Notes: generated by a model not told the origin, from the sequence alone. Positions 17,835 through 28,012 are shown, counted from the first letter of the stretch. The stretch is 64,000 nucleotides of DNA from Nitrospirota bacterium (GCA_016215115.1 JACRLN010000037.1:30551-94550); one strand, 5' to 3'. Numbers and translations: made by a program.

Positions 17835-18214
17835 GTATCATAAAGAGAGAGGTTGAACAATGCATGACCGCTTTAGAAGCAGTGGTAATACAGGAATTGC
17901 CGGCGCTGACTGCACGTTTCACATTCCCCGAAGATTTTATAGGTTTTCAGGGTCATTTCCCCGGGAATAAGATACTTCCGGGCGTCTGTCAGATACAATG
18001 CGCCCTGACCATGCTTGAGAAATGGAGGAACAGGGATGTCATACTTAAGGAAATAGTGCATGCAAAGTTTTTTTCAACGGTAGTCCCCTCGGAAGAGTTT
18101 GCCTGTGTGTGCAAAGGCATCGAGGCAACAGACGCTGATTTTATATTGAAGTCATACCTCAGCAAGGGCGACAGGAAGATTTCGGAGTTGAAGTTGAAAG
18201 TAAGATTTAAATAA
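17831..18214 (+). CDS. 3-hydroxyacyl-ACP dehydratase (FabZ/ApeP-like hotdog)
   Basis: 127 aa; catalytic motif FQGHFPGNKILPGV; TTG start overlapping the upstream stop. Confidence 0.8.
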   Translation: MSIIKREVEQCMTALEAVVIQELPALTARFTFPEDFIGFQGHFPGNKILPGVCQIQCALTMLEKWRNRDVILKEIVHAKFFSTVVPSEEFACVCKGIEATDADFILKSYLSKGDRKISELKLKVRFK

Positions 18215-18224
18215 GTTAAACGCT

Positions 18225-18311
18225 GTCATTCCCGCAGTCCTTAAGCGGGAATCCAGAAGCAGTTGATTTAAAAGAATACTGGATTCCCGATAAAAAACTT
18301 CGGGAATGACG
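18225..18311. repeat. MITE family A copy A6
   Basis: gtcattcccgcagtccttaagcgggaatccag...ctggattcccgataaaaaacttcgggaatgac. Confidence 0.85.
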
Positions 18312-18391
18312 AGTCGACACTTTGCATATATCTTGATTGATATAAACAGTTTATACCCACAGAAATGTCGGACGAACGAAATTTTTAAAAA

Positions 18392-18883
18392 ATGATGAAT
18401 AGGCGAAGAGGGAAGAATTATTTTAAGAGGATTGATGGAGCGCCTGACCCTGTTGTGGTTGAAGTCAGAAGGCGCGTACATTTCAATGAAGTTGATATCC
18501 TTGGGATGGTCTGGCACGGCAGATACCCTGTTTATTTTGAAGAAGGGTCCGAAGAATTAGGCAGATCCTGCGGCTTGTCTTATAGAAATTTTTATGAATC
18601 AGGATTACGCGCCCCGATTGTTCAGCTTCACATTGATTATTTTAAACCGCTGCGTCTCGCTGAGGAGTTTACAATACGCACTGTACTGTTATGGGACGAA
18701 AGTTCACGCCTGAATACAGAGTATTATCTTTTAAAAACTGACGGAAGTCTTGCGACAAGCGGTTATACGGTGCAATTGCTGACCGGCGCCGAGTCAGGAG
18801 AAGTTTGCATTATATCCCCTCCGCTATTGGAAAGGTGCAGGACCAGATGGAAAGCAGGAGAATTTCATCATCAAACAAAATAA
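18392..18883 (+). CDS. Acyl-CoA/acyl-ACP thioesterase, 4HBT (YbgC/ApeK-like) hotdog
   Basis: 163 aa; VRRRVHFNEVDILGMVWHGRYPVYFEEG matches the 4HBT signature (acidic residue, then GxVxHxxY). Confidence 0.75.
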   Translation: MMNRRRGKNYFKRIDGAPDPVVVEVRRRVHFNEVDILGMVWHGRYPVYFEEGSEELGRSCGLSYRNFYESGLRAPIVQLHIDYFKPLRLAEEFTIRTVLLWDESSRLNTEYYLLKTDGSLATSGYTVQLLTGAESGEVCIISPPLLERCRTRWKAGEFHHQTK

Positions 18884-19998
18884 AGGCCGTTGTTGTTGCC
18901 TGCGACGTGGTAACTGCATTCGGGCCCGGTGTGGATGCATGCTGGAAGGGTATCATTTCCGGCGAAACCGCAATTTCGGAATTAAAGAGGTTTAACACAC
19001 AGGCTTTTCAGTCCGGTCATGCTGCCACAATTGAAGGTTTAAAATACCTTCAGAAAGATTCTTTGGTGATGCAAATGTTCAGACTGATGTTTAAAAAAAA
19101 TCCTCCTTCTGTACCGAAAGACGCAAAACTCATTCTGGCAACAACAAAGGGAGAGATTGACCTGCTGGAAAAGAAATTTCTCAGAGGAAAGGGGAACGCA
19201 TCAAACGCTAATTTGCGTTATCTGCTGAAAAAAGTCTCTGCCCTCGCAGGTATTCAGGACAGTGGAATAATTATTTCGGCTGCCTGCTCTTCCTCATCAG
19301 CGGCTTTGGCAAGGGGAGCATCAATGATACGTAACGGATACAGCGATTGTTTATTGATAACCGCATGCGACAGCGTTACGGAATTTGTTTATTCAGGCTT
19401 TTCCTCGCTTATGGCGCTTGATAAAATTGCTGCGAGGCCTTTTGATAAAGACAGAAGGGGATTAAGTCTTGGCGAGGCCGCTTCATATGCATTACTCATG
19501 AGTGAAGCGAGGGCCAAAAAAGAAAAAAGGGAGATTATGGGTGAAATAAAGGGCTGGGGATTGAGCGACGACGCCAACCATATGACAGGTCCTTCGCGCA
19601 CAAGCGATGGTTTGATAATGGCTATAAGCAAGGCGCTGAAATCTGCAGCCGTTGTCGCAAGCGATATCTGTTTTATCTCAGCACATGGCACCGGAACGCT
19701 TTACAATGACGAGATGGAGATGCGGGCGTTTCATTCTGTATTCAAAAAAAGGATCCCGGTTTATTCTGTAAAGGGAGCAATCGGTCATACTATCGGGTCG
19801 GCAGGTCTTGTCGAAGCAATAATAGCGCTCAGGGCTTTAAAGGAGAAGACCGTTCCACCGACCGTCAATTTGAAAACCGCTGACGATGATGCATGGGGCT
19901 GGGTCTCGGACAAAAAGAAAACATTAACGCGTAATAATGCGGCGCTTATAACAAATGCCGGTTTCAGCGGGATAAATACAGCGCTTGTAGTGGGATGA
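18847..19998 (+). CDS. Beta-ketoacyl synthase (ApeO-like elongating KS)
   Basis: Active-site Cys in ISAACSSSSAAL; SAHGTGT and GHTIGSAG. ATG 18847 is preferred; the ORF-track start is 18805. Overlaps the thioesterase 3' end. Confidence 0.85.
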   Translation: MESRRISSSNKIKAVVVACDVVTAFGPGVDACWKGIISGETAISELKRFNTQAFQSGHAATIEGLKYLQKDSLVMQMFRLMFKKNPPSVPKDAKLILATTKGEIDLLEKKFLRGKGNASNANLRYLLKKVSALAGIQDSGIIISAACSSSSAALARGASMIRNGYSDCLLITACDSVTEFVYSGFSSLMALDKIAARPFDKDRRGLSLGEAASYALLMSEARAKKEKREIMGEIKGWGLSDDANHMTGPSRTSDGLIMAISKALKSAAVVASDICFISAHGTGTLYNDEMEMRAFHSVFKKRIPVYSVKGAIGHTIGSAGLVEAIIALRALKEKTVPPTVNLKTADDDAWGWVSDKKKTLTRNNAALITNAGFSGINTALVVG

Positions 19999-20017
19999 GA
20001 TACATTAAAGAAAATCC

Positions 20018-20689
20018 ATGATCAACATTCACGGCATAGGATGGATAACTAAAGAAGAATACGGCTGTATCGCCAGAGGGGAGAAGATCCCTTATAAAAA
20101 CGTTGTTGAATTTGACAGCTTTTTAAGAAAGAGAATTTTCCCCTGTCCGTTTAAGAATTTCGGGAGACTTGATAGAATATCAAAGCTGACCTGTTATGCG
20201 ATTGCGCTTGCTATGAAGGATGCCGGTATTTCTTACATACCTCAGAAAAGGCAGGACATCGGGATTGTCGGCGCCGGCGATTCAGGTTCGCTGCAATCGG
20301 ATATTGATTATTTCAAAGACTATTTAGATTGCGGACGGACATTGTCACGGGGGAATCTCTTTATTTATACCCTGCCTTCAAGCCCGCTGGGAGAAGCGGC
20401 AATACATTTTGGTTTGCAGGGACCATTGTTATACACTGCGGCTCCGGAGGAACCTCTCCGGACAGCAATGACAATTGCATCTGAAATGGTCCTTTCCGGT
20501 GAGACCCCTGCAATTCTTGCCGGGATGACAGAGGATGGTGCGGCTGTCTATTTTGTGCTCATGAAAGACAGCGTTTCCAATAAAAATATTTTATGTGATG
20601 AAAAAGATATCAGGGCAATTTTAAACAAGGGGATGACGTTTAAGAAAATGATTAAAGAGTTGCTAAATTTAAGAAAAGGGAACAATTAA
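20018..20689 (+). CDS. KS-like partner lacking the catalytic core (chain-length-factor/ApeC-like)
   Basis: 223 aa, half the length of a KS; KS N-terminal-like sequence with no Cys-His-His triad; immediately follows a KS. Confidence 0.65.
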   Translation: MINIHGIGWITKEEYGCIARGEKIPYKNVVEFDSFLRKRIFPCPFKNFGRLDRISKLTCYAIALAMKDAGISYIPQKRQDIGIVGAGDSGSLQSDIDYFKDYLDCGRTLSRGNLFIYTLPSSPLGEAAIHFGLQGPLLYTAAPEEPLRTAMTIASEMVLSGETPAILAGMTEDGAAVYFVLMKDSVSNKNILCDEKDIRAILNKGMTFKKMIKELLNLRKGNN

Positions 20690-21954
20690 TGAAAATAATA
20701 ATTATCTACCCATCATGGCCCAAATTAAACCGGCAGACAGAATTCCATCTCCCACCTCACGGCCCTGTCTGTTTTGCTGCGGCCATTCCTGATGATATAG
20801 AACTTTCTTTTTACGATGAAAACGTGCAGGCCATTGACTTTGATGAAAAGGCTGATCTGGTGGCTTTTTCGGTCATGCTGACCTGTCAGATACCGCGTGC
20901 ATGGGAACTCGCCGAACGGTACAGGGGACAAGGCATACCGGTCATATTCGGCGGCATCGCTACGATGCTGCATTATGAAGAAACCCTCCAGCATGCTGAC
21001 GCCGTTTTCCTCGGCGAGGCAGAGGGGAGATTTGAAGAAGTCATAAACGATATCAGGAATAATAATCTGAAACGGGTTTACAACTATCTTAATGAATTCC
21101 CGGACATGAATTTAATCGGCTCCGCAAGGCGCAGTATTCTAAACCGCAAATTATATAACTACCGCGGGGTGCAGATGGTGGACCTTGTACATGCATCCCG
21201 GGGGTGCAAATATAATTGCTTCCCCTGCTGCACGCCTTTCCTGGGAGGACGTAAATTCAGGGCCAGGGCGATAGATTCGGTAATTCAGGAACTGGAACAG
21301 ATTGATAATAACCGCATCTTCTTTGTTGACAATTCACTCGCCCAGGATGACAAATGGGAAAAGGAATTATTCAAGGCGCTTATCCCTCTCAGGAAAAAAT
21401 GGATTTCACATCCTATTAAAGACGATGACGAGATACTTGATCTGGCTGCCGAAGCCGGCTGCTGGTATGTGTATCAGGCAGTGTTTGACACCTCCGATCA
21501 CATAAGAAAAAGGGTCCGGCGGCTAAAGGAACGCGGGATCGGGGTTGAGGGTACTATTATTCTGGGTATGGACGACCACGATGAAGATTATATAAAACGG
21601 CTTGTTGATTTCCTCCTCGAGATTGATTTGGACCTGGCGGAATTTACAATACTCACACCGTTTCCGCATACTCCCATAAGGGCTGAACTCGAGAAAGAAA
21701 AGAGGATTCTCCATAATGACTGGATGCGGTACACAGGAGCGGAAGTCGTGTTTCAGCCTGCAAAGATGAGCGTGGATGCATTGCAGAAGATGTTTTTTTA
21801 TGCGTGGGATACGTTTTACAGTGGTTGCAGTCAGAACTTTCAAATGGCAAAGATGTTTCTGAAGGTAATTGAAAAGGAAAAAGCAGACGGCACGTATAAG
21901 GGGAGCCGTCCCAGAAGATCAGGCTGGAATAAAATGACAGGAAAACCGCAATGA
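20689..21954 (+). CDS. B12-binding-domain radical SAM enzyme (class B)
   Basis: 421 aa; N-terminal flavodoxin-like MKIIIIYPSW...; cluster motif ASRGCKYNCFPC; TAATG stop/start overlap. Confidence 0.85.
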   Translation: MKIIIIYPSWPKLNRQTEFHLPPHGPVCFAAAIPDDIELSFYDENVQAIDFDEKADLVAFSVMLTCQIPRAWELAERYRGQGIPVIFGGIATMLHYEETLQHADAVFLGEAEGRFEEVINDIRNNNLKRVYNYLNEFPDMNLIGSARRSILNRKLYNYRGVQMVDLVHASRGCKYNCFPCCTPFLGGRKFRARAIDSVIQELEQIDNNRIFFVDNSLAQDDKWEKELFKALIPLRKKWISHPIKDDDEILDLAAEAGCWYVYQAVFDTSDHIRKRVRRLKERGIGVEGTIILGMDDHDEDYIKRLVDFLLEIDLDLAEFTILTPFPHTPIRAELEKEKRILHNDWMRYTGAEVVFQPAKMSVDALQKMFFYAWDTFYSGCSQNFQMAKMFLKVIEKEKADGTYKGSRPRRSGWNKMTGKPQ

Positions 21955-23324
21955 AGATATTATTGATTTCATCCAATACAACGACGTCGCCGTATCCGAT
22001 TTATCCGCTCGGTGTCAGCATAATTGCAGCCGCTCTGACAAATGCCGGACACTATGTGCGTCAATTCGATATACTGCAGCATGAAGATTTTCTGACAGCC
22101 CTGGGGCAGGAGATAGAACGGTTTAATCCGGGATTGCTCGGCATCTCCATACGCAATATTGACAACGTCAATTTAATGAATGAACAGTATTACATAGAAA
22201 CAGTAAAAACCATAGTAAAGAAAATAAGGGAAGTTTCAAAAAACAAAATCCTGCTCGGCGGAGCGGGTTTCTCCCTGTTGCCTGAATTAATCCTAAATGA
22301 AACAGGCGCTGATTACGGAATCATCGGAGAAGGCGAATCGTCTGTTGTAAAGTTTGCCGCTGATGCAGCCAATGGAATATATCCTGAGACACAAATAATC
22401 GGACCGGTGACAAGGCTTCAGGGACCGGAAATATTTTCGGCGCAGTATGAAGAGGATTTAATAAAATTCTATCTTCAGAGCGGCAATATCGCCTCCGTGC
22501 AGACAAAACGCGGATGCACCCACAAGTGCATTTACTGTTCATATCCCGTGCTGGAGGGTTCCGATATCCGGCAGAGAGACCCCCGTTCTGTTGTTGATGA
22601 TATAGAGCTGCTTTCCGATAAACACAAAGTAAAATATATCTTTTTTGTGGATTCCGTGTTCAATGACGACGGAGGCGCCTACCTTGGGGTAATTAATGAA
22701 ATGCTCCGGCGCAAGGTAACCGTGCCGTGGACAGGATTCTTCAAGCCCCGGGAACTGAATGACGAAATCGTCGAGATGATGAAACAGACAGGGCTTATTG
22801 CAGTTGAAATCGGCTCTGACGCCGCATGTGACACCACCCTGCGAAAACTGGGAAAAGGGTTTTCTTTTCAGGATATCATGGAATGCAACGATTTATTTGT
22901 CGCGCATGGAATAGCCACATCGCATTTTTTCATGTTCGGCGGTCCAGGGGAGACGCAAGAGACCGTGCTCGAGGGAATCGAGAATATCAAGAAGTTAAAA
23001 AAATGCGTTGCATTTATTTTTATGGGTATAAGAATCCTGCCTGATACTCATCTCGCACACATAGCGTTAAAAGAAAAAGTCCTCTCCGCGGATAACGGCA
23101 TGCTTAAACCGGTTTATTATATTTCACCTGCAATTGACAGGGACTGGATGGAGAAAACCCTGACCGAGGCATTTGCGGCCATCAGACACTGCGTCTTCCC
23201 GCCGGACACCTTTGACACCAGTCTGCGGATGCTTCACAAAATGGGATATTCCGGCACATTGTGGGATCTGCTTCTTCCTGATAAAAAGCATCCGGCAAGG
23301 AAACACAATGCTGCAAAACAATAA
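21951..23324 (+). CDS. B12-binding-domain radical SAM enzyme (class B; 'lipid biosynthesis B12-binding/radical SAM' type)
   Basis: 457 aa; MKILLISSNTTTSPYPIYPLGVSIIAAAL; cluster motif KRGCTHKCIYCSYP; ATGA overlap with the upstream rSAM. Confidence 0.85.
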   Translation: MKILLISSNTTTSPYPIYPLGVSIIAAALTNAGHYVRQFDILQHEDFLTALGQEIERFNPGLLGISIRNIDNVNLMNEQYYIETVKTIVKKIREVSKNKILLGGAGFSLLPELILNETGADYGIIGEGESSVVKFAADAANGIYPETQIIGPVTRLQGPEIFSAQYEEDLIKFYLQSGNIASVQTKRGCTHKCIYCSYPVLEGSDIRQRDPRSVVDDIELLSDKHKVKYIFFVDSVFNDDGGAYLGVINEMLRRKVTVPWTGFFKPRELNDEIVEMMKQTGLIAVEIGSDAACDTTLRKLGKGFSFQDIMECNDLFVAHGIATSHFFMFGGPGETQETVLEGIENIKKLKKCVAFIFMGIRILPDTHLAHIALKEKVLSADNGMLKPVYYISPAIDRDWMEKTLTEAFAAIRHCVFPPDTFDTSLRMLHKMGYSGTLWDLLLPDKKHPARKHNAAKQ

Positions 23325-24474
23325 TGAAATATGGTGCGCAATCCCTGTTTTTAATAACAGGGATACTGTAAAAGATATTGTATCAGTCTGCCGTTCGATC
23401 CTGAAGAATGTAGTTGTAGTCGACGACGGCAGCACAGACACGGATATTACCGCCCTGTTGTCTGACCTGGATGTCGCTGTGTTGAGACATGACAAAAACA
23501 TCGGCAAAGGGCAGGCGCTCCTCACTGCGTCAAAATATATAGAAACTCATGGCGGGCTTTATATGATAACCATTGACGCAGACGGGCAGCACAATCCAAA
23601 GGACCTCGAAAAATTCATTCCGCTGCTCAATGAAGATGCTCCGGGTATCATCATAGGCTGCAGAAATTTCAATACAGAAAACGTTCCATCGAAAAGCAGG
23701 TTTGGCAGAAAGTTTGCCAATTTCTGGCTGCGTGTGGAAACCGGAATATATGTTGACGATTGCCAGAGCGGATTCAGGGCGTATCCTGTCAAATATCTTA
23801 ATCAACTGAAGTGCAGGGGTTCGCATTATGACTTTGAGGCAGAAGTCCTGGCAAAAGCAGCGTGGGCCGGATTGCAATTAAAAACAGTTGATATTGACGT
23901 AAGTTATCCAAAGCCGGAGCATCGCATCTCCAGTTTTAAACCGTTTCTGGATAATTTACGCATCTCACATATCCACGCTAAACTTGTAGGAAGACGCCTG
24001 CTGCCATGGGGACACAAGCGGCTGGTCGAGCAGAAAAAGATTGATTTTAAAATACTGCGCCATCCCGGCAAATTATTGAAAATGCTGTTGACTGAAAATG
24101 CAACGCCGGGAGGACTGGCAATGGCTGCGGCCGTAGGCGCTTTCTTTGCCATTCTCCCTCTGCTTTTTATTCATACGGTTATAATAATTTATGTTTCTAC
24201 GCGCCTGAATCTCAATAAAGTTATTTCAGTTAATGTCCAGCATTTTTTCATGCCTCCGTTTGTGCCGGCTATGTGCATTGAAACAGGTTACTATCTGAGA
24301 CATGGATATTGGCTTACGGACCTTTCTTTTGAGACTGTTTTCTCACAATTTTCCGACCGGTTGTTCGAGTGGTTTTTGGGTTCTTTAGTTATAGCGCCTG
24401 TTGGGGCGGTCCTTATGGGCGGTATTATCTTCACTGTTGCGGCAAAGATAAAGAAGCGAATTGCAGCGATATGA
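23308..24474 (+). CDS. Family 2 glycosyltransferase fused to a C-terminal membrane (DUF2062-like) domain (ApeJ-like)
   Basis: IPVFNNRDTV...VVVDDGSTD and DADGQH (DxD); 3-4 C-terminal TM helices; ATG 23308 is preferred to the ORF-track start 23173. Confidence 0.8.
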   Translation: MLQNNNEIWCAIPVFNNRDTVKDIVSVCRSILKNVVVVDDGSTDTDITALLSDLDVAVLRHDKNIGKGQALLTASKYIETHGGLYMITIDADGQHNPKDLEKFIPLLNEDAPGIIIGCRNFNTENVPSKSRFGRKFANFWLRVETGIYVDDCQSGFRAYPVKYLNQLKCRGSHYDFEAEVLAKAAWAGLQLKTVDIDVSYPKPEHRISSFKPFLDNLRISHIHAKLVGRRLLPWGHKRLVEQKKIDFKILRHPGKLLKMLLTENATPGGLAMAAAVGAFFAILPLLFIHTVIIIYVSTRLNLNKVISVNVQHFFMPPFVPAMCIETGYYLRHGYWLTDLSFETVFSQFSDRLFEWFLGSLVIAPVGAVLMGGIIFTVAAKIKKRIAAI

Positions 24475-24504
24475 GTGATTGACAAATACAAATGGTTGCA
24501 TAAT

Positions 24505-24584
24505 ATTATGGACACCTAATTGACCTGTCACTCCGGCTTGTCCGGAGTCTTCCCAAAGAAGGATTCCCGACAAGCGGGAATGAC
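24505..24584. repeat. MITE family A variant copy A7
   Basis: ttatggacacctaattgac terminal block, hairpin cactccggcttgtccggagtc, then ggattcccgacaagcgggaatgac. Confidence 0.6.
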
Positions 24585-24639
24585 ACATGTACTGCAGTCA
24601 ATACTATTATGCGCATTTTAATATCATGTTCCAGCACAA

Positions 24640-25548
24640 ATGAACAAACAGGAAAAAATCAATAAAAAAAGAGGTAATAAGTTAGGCTTCTGGTTTTTCA
24701 GGGCTGCTTTACAATTGTTCGGACTGCCGGGCGCCTATGGATTGCTTTATTTTGTCTGCCTGTACTATCTGCTGTTTGACCGGCCTGCCGTATCTTCAAG
24801 TATGGCTTACATAAAAAGACGGTTTAAAGCATATAACGCTTTTCAGAAAACCCTCTGTGTCTACAACTTATTTATCAATCAGGGGAAAAATCTGATAGAC
24901 CGGTATTATATCCTTTCCGGGCTTGGAGAGTTTGACATAGAAATTCAGGGATATGATAAAATACAAAACCTTTTATCCAGCTCTCAGAAAGGCGTTATCT
25001 TACTCACTGCACATGTGGGGAACTGGCAAGTCACGATGACTGTATTAAAGCGATTGGAGAAGACAGTCTACTTGTTGATGTCACCGGAGGAAAACATGGC
25101 AGTTAAAAAAACTTTGAGTGTTGATAGTGATAATGAAAAGATCAGGATTATATCTTCCGGAAATTTCCTTGGCGGCGTTATCGAAATTATGAAGGTAATA
25201 AATGAGGGCAGCCTTGTTTCCATAATGGGTGACCGCAGTGATGGATATCCTTCTGCAGAAGCATATTTTCTCGGAGAAAAAGCTGATTTCCCTTATGGTG
25301 CATTCAGCATTGCAGCCGCAGCGCAATGCCCTGTAGTTATTTTGCTTTCAGCAAAAGTTTCAACAAGAAAATATGTTGCGGATGTCTCCCATGTCATATT
25401 CCCACGTTATAGTTCCAGAAACAAAAAACATGAGGAAATAAGCGCATGGGTTCAGGAGTTTGCCGGGGTTCTGGAAGGCTATGCTGAAAAATATCCATTT
25501 CAATGGTTTGTGTTTCGTGATCTCTGGAAGAAAAATATTGAAAAATAA
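24640..25548 (+). CDS. LpxL/HtrB-type lysophospholipid (lauroyl/myristoyl) acyltransferase (ApeD-like)
   Basis: 302 aa; N-terminal TM; catalytic region LTAHVGNWQV (HxxxxE/Q type, as in LpxL). Confidence 0.7.
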   Translation: MNKQEKINKKRGNKLGFWFFRAALQLFGLPGAYGLLYFVCLYYLLFDRPAVSSSMAYIKRRFKAYNAFQKTLCVYNLFINQGKNLIDRYYILSGLGEFDIEIQGYDKIQNLLSSSQKGVILLTAHVGNWQVTMTVLKRLEKTVYLLMSPEENMAVKKTLSVDSDNEKIRIISSGNFLGGVIEIMKVINEGSLVSIMGDRSDGYPSAEAYFLGEKADFPYGAFSIAAAAQCPVVILLSAKVSTRKYVADVSHVIFPRYSSRNKKHEEISAWVQEFAGVLEGYAEKYPFQWFVFRDLWKKNIEK

Positions 25549-25564
25549 ATAAAGGAGCATACAA

Positions 25565-25849
25565 ATGCAAAAAGACAATGCACAGGAATTGGCACAGACA
25601 AGAAAAACTTTAAAAGAGCTGCTTGTAAAAGAATTGTCCCTTGAAGACATCAACCCGGAAGATATTAAGGACGATGAAGTATTGTTCGTGGAAGGACTGG
25701 GGCTGGACTCGCTGGATGCAGTTGAGATCGTGGTGCTTCTGCAGCGCAACTTCGGCCTGGAGGTCAAGGACCTGGAAAACAGGAGGGATATTTTTTATTC
25801 CATTGATACCCTCGCAAAATATATATACGAGAACAGAAAAAACATTTAA
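25565..25849 (+). CDS. Acyl carrier protein
   Basis: 94 aa; LGLDSLDAVEIVVLL. Confidence 0.9.
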   Translation: MQKDNAQELAQTRKTLKELLVKELSLEDINPEDIKDDEVLFVEGLGLDSLDAVEIVVLLQRNFGLEVKDLENRRDIFYSIDTLAKYIYENRKNI

Positions 25850-25899
25850 TGAAATCACCTGGTAAAGAACTCCGGGGTTTCCGCAGCTTTTTATGCCAT

Positions 25900-26835
25900 A
25901 TGAACAGTTTCATCTACTTTGCATTCATATTGTTTCTCATTTCATCATGCAACGGGGTAACCGCAAAAAATACCTCCTCAATTAACAATAAATCAAAGCC
26001 CCTTGTTACGTTTGTCTTTGATGACGGCAACGAGACGGATTATACAGTTGCCAGAGATATTTTCAGTTCGCAGGGTGAGGTTGCCTGCACCGCTGTCGTA
26101 ACAAATTGGGTTAACACTAAAAATTATTTGAGCGTCTCCCAGCTTGCGGAACTCCAAAAAGACGGTTGGGAAATATTAAGTCATACAGAATCTCATCCGA
26201 ACCTGAAAACCCTGTCCGGGAGTCAGGTTGAAGCTGAATTATCTAAATCAAAATCAATTCTTGAAAACCTGGGACTCACTATCAAAAATCTCGTTTATCC
26301 ATATAACAAAACTAATGAAACTGTCAAAAAAATCGCAGCGAAATATTACAGGTCAGGAAGAGATGGGGGCAGTATGTTAAACCCGTATATTTTAGACAGG
26401 TATGAGTTGAAATCTTACTCTATTAAACATGATCTCAGTAAAATGAAAAGCTATATTGACAATGCGCATTCTGAAAAAAAATGGCTGATCTTTTACCACC
26501 ATCAGATTGATGCAAAAATAAAGATATCAGATAAAAACGGCAATCTTATTTTAGGAGAAAATTTATTTTTTCAGCCTTCAGGTGCAAAAGGCAAATATAC
26601 CGCCAGTGGAATTGCTTTTCCGGATACCGCAATATATTTTACTCCTCTTTCAGGAATTCCACACGCAGATGATACAATCACAGGCCAGACGAGCGGGGCA
26701 ACAGGCAAGTTAGACAGGGTAATCTACAATGAGAAAGAAGATATTAAGGACATGATTGAATATATCCATACAAATTATCCTGAAATGAAGATTGTGACAA
26801 TTGATAAAGGGTTGGATTTTATGGAGATACCTTGA
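25900..26835 (+). CDS. Polysaccharide deacetylase (NodB homology) lipoprotein
   Basis: FVFDDGNETDY and LSHTESHPNL motifs. The ATG at 25900 gives a lipoprotein signal (FILFLISSCNG). The ORF-track start is 25849. Confidence 0.7.
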   Translation: MNSFIYFAFILFLISSCNGVTAKNTSSINNKSKPLVTFVFDDGNETDYTVARDIFSSQGEVACTAVVTNWVNTKNYLSVSQLAELQKDGWEILSHTESHPNLKTLSGSQVEAELSKSKSILENLGLTIKNLVYPYNKTNETVKKIAAKYYRSGRDGGSMLNPYILDRYELKSYSIKHDLSKMKSYIDNAHSEKKWLIFYHHQIDAKIKISDKNGNLILGENLFFQPSGAKGKYTASGIAFPDTAIYFTPLSGIPHADDTITGQTSGATGKLDRVIYNEKEDIKDMIEYIHTNYPEMKIVTIDKGLDFMEIP

Positions 26836-27989
26836 TTAGTATAACGGGTCTTGGTGCAATCTCGGCAGCAGGCCGCAATATCGCTGAAACGCTCGATTCC
26901 TTCAGCCTCAATAGGAGAACTGCCGGGCCTGTAACATTATTTGATACGCCCCTGAAATATCCTGTCTTTGAGGTCAAAGGTATTCCCGATAAATATAATT
27001 TAGAAGGACAGCGGACATTGAGTCTTGCCCTCTGTGCAATTGATGCAGCTTTAAAAGATGCAGCTCTTGATGATCTGTCATCATACAGGGTAGGCGTCTG
27101 CCTGGGCACAACTGTGGCAAGCCAGTTGAATGACCTTGAATTTTACAAATCATATCGTACGACCGGTTCTGCTCCGATGACATCTGTAGACAGATACTTG
27201 AAGGGGAATCTTGCTGAATTTATCTCCCATAGGATCAAGGCAAAAGGTCCGGCGCTCACAGTGGTTAACGCATGTTCATCGGGTACTGATGCAATCGGGG
27301 TTGCGCTGTCGTGGCTGAATAACGGTTTATGCGACATTGCTGTCGCCGGAGGGGCGGATGAATTAAATCGAGTTCCCCTATGCGGGTTCGGCTCCCTCGG
27401 GATTGTCAGCATGGACCCTTGCGCTCCTTTTGACAGGGATAGAAAGGGACTAAATCTGGGCGAGGGGGCTGGTGTTGTGGTTTTGGAGACAAAAGAATCT
27501 GCCGGAAAGAGGGGCATAATATCCGATTTATTTCTTGCAGGATACGGATCTTCGAGTGATGCATATCATCTCACTGCTCCTCATCCCGAAGGGACCGGAT
27601 TGAAAGCGTCAATTGAAAAGTCCCTGTCAGATGCCGGCATTCAGCCTCATGATGTAAGTTTTATTAACGCACACGGTACGGCAACGCATGACAATGATCT
27701 GGTTGAAGGAAATGTCCTGGCAAACATCTTTGGGACGGGTTTAAAGATGCTGTCTACAAAAGGTTTTACAGGACATACATTGGGTGCGGCCGGAGGGCTG
27801 GAGGCCGTCTTTACAACAGCCGGTCTGAGAGAAGGATGGATCCCCGCGAGCACCGGTTTTGAAAATAAAGATGATGCTATCCCTTTAATTCCCGTGAGAG
27901 AAAAGACAAATATTGCCGGACGGTATGCTGTTTCCACATCGCTTGCATTCGGGGGCAATAATGCAGCGATAGTAATTGGAAGGATGTGA
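26832..27989 (+). CDS. Beta-ketoacyl synthase (third catalytic KS)
   Basis: 385 aa; VVNACSSGTDAIG (active Cys), NAHGTAT, GHTLGAAG; TTG start overlapping the upstream stop. Confidence 0.85.
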   Translation: MISITGLGAISAAGRNIAETLDSFSLNRRTAGPVTLFDTPLKYPVFEVKGIPDKYNLEGQRTLSLALCAIDAALKDAALDDLSSYRVGVCLGTTVASQLNDLEFYKSYRTTGSAPMTSVDRYLKGNLAEFISHRIKAKGPALTVVNACSSGTDAIGVALSWLNNGLCDIAVAGGADELNRVPLCGFGSLGIVSMDPCAPFDRDRKGLNLGEGAGVVVLETKESAGKRGIISDLFLAGYGSSSDAYHLTAPHPEGTGLKASIEKSLSDAGIQPHDVSFINAHGTATHDNDLVEGNVLANIFGTGLKMLSTKGFTGHTLGAAGGLEAVFTTAGLREGWIPASTGFENKDDAIPLIPVREKTNIAGRYAVSTSLAFGGNNAAIVIGRM

Positions 27990-28012
27990 TAAAGCGGGTG
28001 GAGATTTTTTAA

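Noticed and set aside
18152-18517. 121-aa minus-strand ORF across the 18215-18391 gap
   Set aside because: It is composed largely of translated MITE sequence (DSRLRTAGMT) and overlaps the thioesterase start. There is no supporting signal.
6062-25849. Calling the cluster a canonical aryl polyene (APE) or flexirubin cluster
   Set aside because: The core synteny fits. However, no aryl-starter genes (tyrosine ammonia-lyase, chorismate lyase/4-HBA route) are present. In addition, five radical SAM genes, a second KS set and other extras are interleaved and translationally coupled. I therefore keep it as 'ape-like, product unknown'. Equally, I do not claim ladderane production, because that pathway is itself unproven.
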